This document shows, piece after piece, positions 57,322-64,000 of a stretch of DNA of 64,000 nt. The notes below the pieces were generated by a model, which was not told the DNA's origin, made no database searches, and saw only the letters and a list, made by a program, of their open reading frames with translations. A program made the position numbers and the translations under genes. Origin of the DNA: an uncultured Hyphomicrobiales bacterium (lineage in GTDB: Bacteria > Pseudomonadota > Alphaproteobacteria > Rhizobiales > Beijerinckiaceae); NCBI GenBank assembly GCA_903824185.1, contig CAIJVU010000003.1, positions 45,434 to 109,433 of the forward strand, read 5' to 3'. The number at the start of each line of letters is the position of its first letter. The stretch's first letter is position 1.

Positions 57322-57990
57322 TTAAGACGCCTCCGGCACGTCGAGGCGGTAACCGAGCCCCCGCACCGTTTCGATCAAATCCATGCCGAGCTTTTTGCGA
57401 AGACGACCGACAAAAACCTCGATTGTATTGGAATCGCGATCAAAGTCCTGATCATATAAATGCTCGATGATTTCACTGCGTGAAATGACCCGACCTTGGT
57501 GATGGATCAGATAGGCAATCAAGCGATATTCATGCGAGGTCAGCCGCACCGGATTGCCGTTGATGGTCACGCGGCCATTGCGGGTATCCACCACCAAAGG
57601 GCCACACACCAGATCAGAGCTCGCATGGCCCGTGGCTCGCCGCAACAAAGCCCGCACGCGGGCCAGTACCTCCTCCATATGGAAAGGCTTGGTGACATAA
57701 TCATCGGCACCGGAATCAAAGGCATTGACCTTGTCGCTCCAGCGGTCGCGTGCTGTCAGGATCAGCACCGGCATGCTGCGTCCGGCCTCACGCCACGCAT
57801 TGAGAATGGAGGCGCCGTCACGCTGCGGCAAACCCATATCTAGAATGACCGCATCATAGGGTTCCGTTTCGCCGAGAAAATGCCCTTCCTCGCCGTCAAA
57901 CGCCCGATCAACCACATAGCCCGCATCTTCAAGTGCCGAACATAATTGCCTGTTCAGATCCTTGTCGTCCTCGACGACCAGTAAGCGCAT
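57322..57990 (-). CDS. OmpR-family response regulator
   Basis: 222 aa with MRLLVVEDD...AVILDMGLP..DG, then LT..EY.L...L and VFVGRLRKKL. The stop abuts the kinase start. Confidence 0.92.
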   Translation of the reverse strand: MRLLVVEDDKDLNRQLCSALEDAGYVVDRAFDGEEGHFLGETEPYDAVILDMGLPQRDGASILNAWREAGRSMPVLILTARDRWSDKVNAFDSGADDYVTKPFHMEEVLARVRALLRRATGHASSDLVCGPLVVDTRNGRVTINGNPVRLTSHEYRLIAYLIHHQGRVISRSEIIEHLYDQDFDRDSNTIEVFVGRLRKKLGMDLIETVRGLGYRLDVPEAS

Positions 57991-58009
57991 GGATCACTCC
58001 TCATGTCCC

Positions 58010-58447
58010 TTATGGCCTGACCAGCATTTGCCCGTTGCGGGCATCCATGGCCAGAAGCCTGATCTGACCTGTTTTGTCTAACAGCGTCAAAAGATAAATC
58101 AACCGGTCCTGTTCGGGACACAAACGTGCCTTGACGATTTCACCGCTAAAATGGTGACGGGCGATTTGCATGACTTTGTGAACGGGCAAGACCTCGCCCC
58201 GTTCCACCAGCGCCCGCACATCATGGGACGCAAGACACGGGGATTTGGGCGGGGGGGCTGTTTCTGCCTGATCGGCAAGGGGGAGAGACGGGGCAAGGGG
58301 TAGAGACGGAGGAGGCGTCTCGCTTTGGGTCTGCGGGGTTTTTTCCTCTTGCGCCAGCACGGACTTGGCCTGCAAAAGCCCAACAGCCAGCATGAGCGCG
58401 ATCAAAACCAATCGCTTCAACGCATAACAACGCATGAAAAGGGGCAT
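58010..58447 (-). CDS. secreted PepSY-domain protein with a Pro-rich linker
   Basis: From ATG 58447: a signal peptide (LIALMLAVGLLQAKSVLA), a Pro-rich SLPLAPSLPLA segment, and a C-terminal PepSY-like fold (A.....G.......L.......Y.L.LL...G.......DA..G). Confidence 0.68.
   Translation of the reverse strand: MPLFMRCYALKRLVLIALMLAVGLLQAKSVLAQEEKTPQTQSETPPPSLPLAPSLPLADQAETAPPPKSPCLASHDVRALVERGEVLPVHKVMQIARHHFSGEIVKARLCPEQDRLIYLLTLLDKTGQIRLLAMDARNGQMLVRP
58274..58309 (-). repeat. 2 x 18-nt tandem repeat encoding SLPLAP-SLPLA in the PepSY protein linker
   Basis: ggcaagggggagagacgg / ggcaaggggtagagacgg, with one mismatch. Confidence 0.8.
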
Positions 58448-58521
58448 CTTATGTTCCATAAGGCCTTTATAGCGCCCTGTCTCTGAACCATTTCTGAACA
58501 AGACCAGGGGTGGTTTTTCCT

Positions 58522-59682
58522 TTAAAAATCAACATGGGTTTCAAGATAATCCAACCGGACGACCAATTCCTGCAAGGCGGCCACAAGCAAAGGGATCAGC
58601 CGTGTCTGATCGAGCTGCTGGTAAACAGGCTCGCCGTCCGGCTTTGTGGCATCCTTGTCGCCCTGCACGGCTTCGGGCACGACCTCGGCCACCTGATGGG
58701 CCAAAAAGCCCTCGTAAATCTGTTCGGGATCGTCTTTGAACACATAACACAAAGGCTGCAATTCCCTGACGCGATTGATTGGCTCCTCGATGATGCCGAT
58801 TATCTTTTTCAGCCGGTAATCGGACACGGTATTATAGGTTACGGAATTGGCCGACAGTGTCACCGAACCGATTTGTGTGCCCGCGCGCGAAAAGCTGATG
58901 CCTGTCACCGCAGCACTGCCCGTGGCATTGATCGCCAAGGCCTGCTTATTGCCATCGGGCACATCGGTTTCAAGACAGGCTTGTGTGCGGGGTTGCGCGC
59001 GACCGGAAATCAAACGATCGATCCGCACCGCGCCCGTTGCCGGATCAGCCACCACCACATCCTGCCAGAGCGTGCCATCGCTCGACACTTTGACGCGCCA
59101 GCAATCATCCCCCGTCAAACCGGTTTCGGCCCGCCCCGACCAATTGGTTTGATAGAGGCAGGAGACGGTGTTGCCGCTTTGCGCTTTGTTCAAGGTCAGG
59201 CGAAAATCACCCGACCCACCCTCCCCGGTCGAAAGGGCTGCAAAATAGCCCGCATTGGCTTTGACGGCGAAACGGTTATAGCTGTCAGCGCTGGTTCCCA
59301 GACCCAAGCGTTGCAGATTGGCAAAGCTGCGGGCGCAGTCATCCAGCCCATGCCAGACGCCCCCATAAAAGACAGCGAAGGATGATGTCGCGCGCACAAA
59401 GACCAGCCATCCGCTTTGCGGCACCATGAAGCGCCACGCCCCATTGATGAAAAAAGCGAGATTGAGCGCTTGCCCTGCAAAGGCACTGCCTGCCACGGGT
59501 GTGGCAGGCACCAGATAGGCATCACCCTCATTGGGTGTGGTGGGGGGCGTTGCGACATCGCTGGCCAAAACGCTGGCTTGCACCAGACCATCAAGCGAGG
59601 CCAAAGCATCATTATGGGTGACATGTTTTTGGGCTTGCGCGGCCGCCAGCAAAGCAAGACCAAGACGCGGGGTCTGGACCAT
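58522..59682 (-). CDS. DUF2793-type phage/GTA tail-fibre protein with a C-terminal S74-like intramolecular chaperone domain
   Basis: From ATG 59682: MVQTPRLGLALLAAAQAQKHVTHNDAL..LD is the DUF2793 N-terminal signature, followed by GDAYLV and NGAW.F. The C-terminal roughly 100 aa (SDYRLKK.I..I.........L.P..Y.F.........GFLAHQV.EV.PEAV....L.PLLV.ALQEL) match the endosialidase-chaperone (peptidase S74) pattern. Confidence 0.75.
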   Translation of the reverse strand: MVQTPRLGLALLAAAQAQKHVTHNDALASLDGLVQASVLASDVATPPTTPNEGDAYLVPATPVAGSAFAGQALNLAFFINGAWRFMVPQSGWLVFVRATSSFAVFYGGVWHGLDDCARSFANLQRLGLGTSADSYNRFAVKANAGYFAALSTGEGGSGDFRLTLNKAQSGNTVSCLYQTNWSGRAETGLTGDDCWRVKVSSDGTLWQDVVVADPATGAVRIDRLISGRAQPRTQACLETDVPDGNKQALAINATGSAAVTGISFSRAGTQIGSVTLSANSVTYNTVSDYRLKKIIGIIEEPINRVRELQPLCYVFKDDPEQIYEGFLAHQVAEVVPEAVQGDKDATKPDGEPVYQQLDQTRLIPLLVAALQELVVRLDYLETHVDF

Positions 59683-59714
59683 GATCAACTCTCCCGTTTT
59701 TGAAAAAGAAAATG

Positions 59715-62700
59715 TCAAACAATAGGAATGGTGACTTGCAACGCATGGCCCGGCCCGACACTGGCGCTGATTTGCTGCACCATCAGCGTGAGCACGGATT
59801 GGCGGGAGCCGAAATCAGCCCATTCATCCGCAGCCGCATAGAGAAAGCTTGGTGTTGCGACATCGCTTTGCCGGATGATCGTCCCGCCTTTCATCAGCGA
59901 GAGGCGATAAGCCTCTTTGCTTTCATCAAGCGGAATATCAAGCCCCGCCCAGCTGTCGCCATCAAGTCGCGCACGGCGAATCCAATTGATATGGATCCCG
60001 TCACTGCCTCGTTGCGCCATCACAGATGTGGGGGCGAGAGGCAGCAAGGCCGCAGGCCCGCTGGTGGCGGTGATCGCCACGCTCAAGACATCCGTGGGAT
60101 CGGCATCAGAGGGCGCAATCCGCCAGGTCCATGTCTCGCCCAGATGCGACACGCCCGCGAGCAAAGGCTGCACCGCACCATCGAGCACAACCACCAAAGA
60201 GCCGACCGGCAGGACGCGCGCGGCCTGTTCTTCCGACCCGCCCAAACCGCGCAGCAAGCGCTTGATCCGCCATTGACGGGCGCCGATCAATTCAGCCGAT
60301 GCAAAGCTGATGATTTCACTCGTGCCATCGGGGGCTTTGAGCAATAACAACGGGCTGCCAGCAAGCGCTCCCATCTCACCGGGGCTTGATAAGACCCCGC
60401 CCTGCAAAGTGAACGTCAGACTATGCGCCTCATCCCAACGCCATAAGGGGCCTGCGGGTAAAGCGGTCAATGTCCGTCCCATCCGCGCCGGTGTCAGGAT
60501 CGTGGTCGCGGGATTGAAAGTCTGCCCGTCCACCGATTGCCAGACGGTCAGACTGCCCGGCCACGGATCGGCGCAAGCTGCAATGGCCTGCAAGGTTTCC
60601 GGCTGGCTTGATGCCATCGGCACATCGAAAATTTCAACCCATGGCCGCCCCGCCACCAAAGGCACCCGCGCCTGTGGTGCGGCGATCACCAGCGCCTGCC
60701 CTGCCCCCATATCCGGATCAGCCGCCCGCGCCCGAAACCGCCTAACAAGCCCTTCCACCACCGAGGTGATCAGAAAAGCGCGCCACCCCGCGTCAACCGG
60801 CAGGCTGACCATGTCGCCCGGTTCCAAGCCCTTGCCCAACAGCCCCAATTGAAACTCTGCCGTTTCAATCGCCAAGGTGCGGTCTTGTAACCACAAATCG
60901 GCGATGCGCTGGGCTTGGGCGCGCGACATCACCAGTGCCTGATCCGACAAGACCTGCCGCTTGCTGCCGCCAGCCAGACGCCGCGAACTCACAAGCGCGC
61001 GCCGATAATCAAGATCGAAATCCGAATAAGACAGACCAAGCTGATTGGGCAATTCCGCCGATGAGGCGCGGGTCAAGCGCACAAGCCCGCCCGCCTCAAA
61101 CGGCACCAGATCGTCGGCGCTGATCGTCGCCACCACCGGCCTGCGCCGGTCCAGACACATGATCCCTTCGGGCGCAGCAATGACATCCATCCCGAACAGA
61201 TCCGCCAAGGGCGCAAAGGCCTTGTCCATGGACATCGGGCGATCAATGACAAACCCGTCCAAAACAGCATTGGAGCTGATGGACACCGCCGGAGGCAAAG
61301 CGTAATCAGCCAGCATCCCGCGCAACAAATCGGTGAGTTGCGCCATTTCAAGCCGCCCGTTCAGCCAATGGCCCGTGTTGAAATTCGCGGCATCGGACCA
61401 GACGCTGGTGAGTTGCGGAAAGGCCGGAAAGGGCCGCGCATCATAACACCAGAAACTGATATGATCCTCATCCACCATGCGCAGACCACGATCAGGCGAT
61501 ACGACATTGGCGGGCGCTCCTGCCCCCGCCCGATGATCAAAGGCGCGCAGCACCGCCTCGCTGTAGCGCATGAGCATCAAATCATCGCGCGCCCCGTTCG
61601 AGGCAAAAGGCAAAGCCGCAGCCGATGATTTGGCGTCGGGGAAAAGATTGGGCGCATTGGCGCCTTTATCAACCGCCGGACATCCGACCTCTGTCAGCCA
61701 GATCGGTTTCGAGCAAGGCACAAAGGCGGTGGGCTGCGGATTTTCGTTCCCGTTCACCCGCTCGAAATGGGCGTTGGACCACCAGCCTTTCAAATCCTTG
61801 GCCCGCCACACCCATGGCTTGTTATAGGCCCCATCTGTAATGGGCGTGCGGTTTTGCGCGGCCCTGTCGGCATCGCTGGCATAATACCAGTCATAGGCCT
61901 CACCCCCCGCCATGCGGCTTGCGAGATAATCAAGATCATAGATGGTTTGGGCAATGGCATGGTCTTGATGGGTGTTGCCCTCCCGCCAGTCGCTCACCGG
62001 CCAATAGGCATCAATGCCGATGGCATCAAGGGAGGCATGCGCCCACAATACATCGAGCGGAAAGCGCAATTCACCTGCCTGCGGACAATAGCCGCCATAT
62101 TCACTCCAGTCGGCGGCATAAACCAGCTTGGTCTTTGTCCCCACCAGCACGCGCACATCATCGGCCAGTGCTGCCAAAGCCAGCGGTGCCGGATAAACCC
62201 CCGCGCCGCTGCTGATATGGTTGAGGGCCACCCATTCAGACCCGATGATGAAACCGTCCACGCCGCCCGCCGCTTGCGCGAGCATGGCATAATGCAAAAC
62301 CATGCGCCGCAGTGACCATTCCGAAGGGCCGCTATAGACAACACCGTTTTGATACGAAAAATGCGCGGGCTGGGCGCTCCCGAAAAAACGGGCCACGGCT
62401 GTGGCTGCCGCAGCCGTCCCGTCAGGCGAGCCCGCACGCTTGGGCGCGGGCGAACAGGTGATGCGCCCCCGCCACGGATAAGGGGGTTGCGACAAAGCCC
62501 CTGTCCACGGATCGGCTTTACCGGATTGGTCTGGAATATCCATCATCACGAAGGGATAAAGCGTCACACCCAATCCCCGCGCTTTCAATTCGGCAATCGC
62601 CTGTAGCACGGAAGCATCAGCAGGCGTCCCGCCATAAGCGGGCACACCATTGACGAGACTGGTCACCTGCGCCTGCGCGCGCGAAAGCCCCGCCACCATC

Positions 62701-63641
62701 CATGTCATACCGACCGTGCTCTTGTCGGCCCGATCGACACGCGGCGCAATCTGGCAGAGATCACAACGCAAATCATCACCAAACCAGCTCACCACCAATT
62801 GCACATTTTGCAGATTGGGACACAGGCTTTGCAAAGCCTCAAGGGAGGCGATAAAATTACACAGATGCGAGAGATCATGGCGGTTTTCGCTGGCGCTGCT
62901 GCCGCCCCCGAGATCCCGCGACACTGCTTGGGTCGCATAGATGAATTCACCCGCCCCCGGAATGAGATTGACGCTGCGGATTTGGGTCGCAAAGCCCGCC
63001 ACGGGACGCACGACCTCAAAGCTGAATTGCGGAATCCGGTTGCCATAGGGCGTGAGGGGAAAATTTTCAAACACCACATAGGCGGTGCCGCGATAAGCGG
63101 GAGTATTGTCCGCCCCTTCTTTGGCAACAATCAACGGATCGGGACTTTGCGTCTCATCGCCTTTGTAAAAACGCAAGGTCAAACCCGAACAATCAAGCAA
63201 TTGCCCATCGGCCCATATCCGCCTGACAAAGCCCACCGGCCCTTCGCACAGCGCAATGGCAAAATTGCCGAGATACGAATAGGAATTGGTCACAGTGGTG
63301 ACCGTGGTGGTGGCCCGCCGGCGCGATCCGCCTTTGCCACCCATGCCGCCACGACTGCCCCCCGTTATGGTTTCGGTGGTGGTCTGGGTGATCACCTCGC
63401 GAAAGCGCGTGGCCCAAATCAACGTCCCGCCCAAACGGGCCCGCCCGTAAAGACGCGGGATCGGCGCACCTTCTGTGGACAGCAAAGACGGCATATCCGT
63501 CAAATGCGCCCCGTCATGCACATGCGTGATCGACCGGTCCGGTGTGATACTGCCCACCAAAGCGTTGAAGGATCCGCCCAGCAGATCACTGGTGCCCCCC
63601 GACAGCGTCGATGTCACCGCTTCTAAAATCATGGTTGTCAT
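59715..63641 (-). CDS. GTA/phage baseplate host-specificity protein (RcGTA g15-like multidomain protein)
   Basis: About 1308 aa from ATG 63641. The N-terminus (IPRLYGRARLGGTLIWATRF.E), a central TIM-barrel-like region (GVDGF.IGSE...L) and the giant size match the conserved last gene of alphaproteobacterial GTA head-tail clusters. It sits 5 nt after the P60 gene stop. Confidence 0.82.
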   Translation of the reverse strand: MTTMILEAVTSTLSGGTSDLLGGSFNALVGSITPDRSITHVHDGAHLTDMPSLLSTEGAPIPRLYGRARLGGTLIWATRFREVITQTTTETITGGSRGGMGGKGGSRRRATTTVTTVTNSYSYLGNFAIALCEGPVGFVRRIWADGQLLDCSGLTLRFYKGDETQSPDPLIVAKEGADNTPAYRGTAYVVFENFPLTPYGNRIPQFSFEVVRPVAGFATQIRSVNLIPGAGEFIYATQAVSRDLGGGSSASENRHDLSHLCNFIASLEALQSLCPNLQNVQLVVSWFGDDLRCDLCQIAPRVDRADKSTVGMTWMVAGLSRAQAQVTSLVNGVPAYGGTPADASVLQAIAELKARGLGVTLYPFVMMDIPDQSGKADPWTGALSQPPYPWRGRITCSPAPKRAGSPDGTAAAATAVARFFGSAQPAHFSYQNGVVYSGPSEWSLRRMVLHYAMLAQAAGGVDGFIIGSEWVALNHISSGAGVYPAPLALAALADDVRVLVGTKTKLVYAADWSEYGGYCPQAGELRFPLDVLWAHASLDAIGIDAYWPVSDWREGNTHQDHAIAQTIYDLDYLASRMAGGEAYDWYYASDADRAAQNRTPITDGAYNKPWVWRAKDLKGWWSNAHFERVNGNENPQPTAFVPCSKPIWLTEVGCPAVDKGANAPNLFPDAKSSAAALPFASNGARDDLMLMRYSEAVLRAFDHRAGAGAPANVVSPDRGLRMVDEDHISFWCYDARPFPAFPQLTSVWSDAANFNTGHWLNGRLEMAQLTDLLRGMLADYALPPAVSISSNAVLDGFVIDRPMSMDKAFAPLADLFGMDVIAAPEGIMCLDRRRPVVATISADDLVPFEAGGLVRLTRASSAELPNQLGLSYSDFDLDYRRALVSSRRLAGGSKRQVLSDQALVMSRAQAQRIADLWLQDRTLAIETAEFQLGLLGKGLEPGDMVSLPVDAGWRAFLITSVVEGLVRRFRARAADPDMGAGQALVIAAPQARVPLVAGRPWVEIFDVPMASSQPETLQAIAACADPWPGSLTVWQSVDGQTFNPATTILTPARMGRTLTALPAGPLWRWDEAHSLTFTLQGGVLSSPGEMGALAGSPLLLLKAPDGTSEIISFASAELIGARQWRIKRLLRGLGGSEEQAARVLPVGSLVVVLDGAVQPLLAGVSHLGETWTWRIAPSDADPTDVLSVAITATSGPAALLPLAPTSVMAQRGSDGIHINWIRRARLDGDSWAGLDIPLDESKEAYRLSLMKGGTIIRQSDVATPSFLYAAADEWADFGSRQSVLTLMVQQISASVGPGHALQVTIPIV

Positions 63642-63646
63642 GGCGA

Positions 63647-64000
63647 TCAAGGCTCCGGAAAGGAAAAGCAGCCCACCATCTTGCGCGCCCATATGCCGAA
63701 GGCGACTTCCGCGACACAAGCGCCTGCATGCGCATGCACCATGGTCTCTGACCCCGTGATGATGCCGATATGTTTGGCGGGTGATGAGGCCTGCCAGCGA
63801 AACACCACGACATCCCCGCACAAGATGACACCGCGCGGCTGCGGGTAAAAATGCCGGATGGCCGCAGCCAGCAAATGCTCCTCGCCCATCGCCTCGCCCC
63901 AGTCAGCGGTATAGGCTGGCACCTCTTCGGGCTCCTGCCCGTATAGCGCCCGCCACACACCGCGCACCAGACCCAAACAATCACAGCCATGCCCGCGCAA
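63647..64000 (-). CDS. NlpC/P60-family cell-wall peptidase (RcGTA g14-like), C-terminal part; gene continues beyond the right edge
   Basis: It has the GxDCxGLVR catalytic Cys motif (GHGCDCLGLVRGVW) and the later HIGII......VHA His motif. The ORF is open at position 64000. Confidence 0.8.
   Translation of the reverse strand: MRGHGCDCLGLVRGVWRALYGQEPEEVPAYTADWGEAMGEEHLLAAAIRHFYPQPRGVILCGDVVVFRWQASSPAKHIGIITGSETMVHAHAGACVAEVAFGIWARKMVGCFSFPEP

Noticed and set aside
63586-63990. A 134-aa ORF in another frame overlapping the P60 peptidase gene.
   Set aside because: The frame at 63647..64000 carries the NlpC/P60 Cys and His motifs. The alternative frame has no motifs and Arg/Cys/Trp-rich composition.

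Overview
The window looks like a chromosomal segment of a moderately GC-rich alphaproteobacterium. This is inferred from the gene content: a GTA-type tail module, CcmE, a PleC-like kinase, DUF971, alpha-type GluRS, CobT/CobS and TRAP transport. It is densely coding and mostly housekeeping: gltX(partial)-nadE, class II DAHP synthase, gor, rpiA, gph, moaA, apbC, cobT/cobS, dusA, gloA-xdhAB-guaD, pepN, glnE and ccmE.

The parts worth a second look are:
- A nine-gene co-directional block (10.8-19.2 kb). An OmpR/HK two-component pair is fused head-to-tail to the conserved SDR / DUF3833 / MFS / chalcone-isomerase-like / CFA-synthase / DUF1365 / FAD-oxidoreductase lipid-modification (furan/cyclopropane fatty acid type) cluster.
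- The 3' end of a gene-transfer-agent (GTA)-like head-tail cluster at the right edge. It carries an NlpC/P60 (g14-like) gene, a giant g15-like baseplate/host-specificity protein, and a directly attached DUF2793 tail-fibre gene with a C-terminal S74-type chaperone domain.
- Three visibly A+T-rich islets: an orphan FkbM methyltransferase, a ~0.5 kb non-coding stretch, and a small secreted Cys-containing protein.
- A ygiD-type dioxygenase interrupted by a single in-frame TAA.
- A CDF transporter with three tandem cytoplasmic domains.
- An Mrp/ApbC with a (HAGHS)n histidine repeat.
- An orphan synthase-type GT2 with a T2SSE_N-like N-terminus.

I found no CRISPR array, rRNA gene, transposase or integrase, and no recognisable defence system. 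I cannot point to one clearly novel multi-gene system. The strongest candidates are the two-component-system-coupled lipid cluster and the GTA tail/fibre module. All family assignments come from reading motifs in the translations, and no database search was possible.
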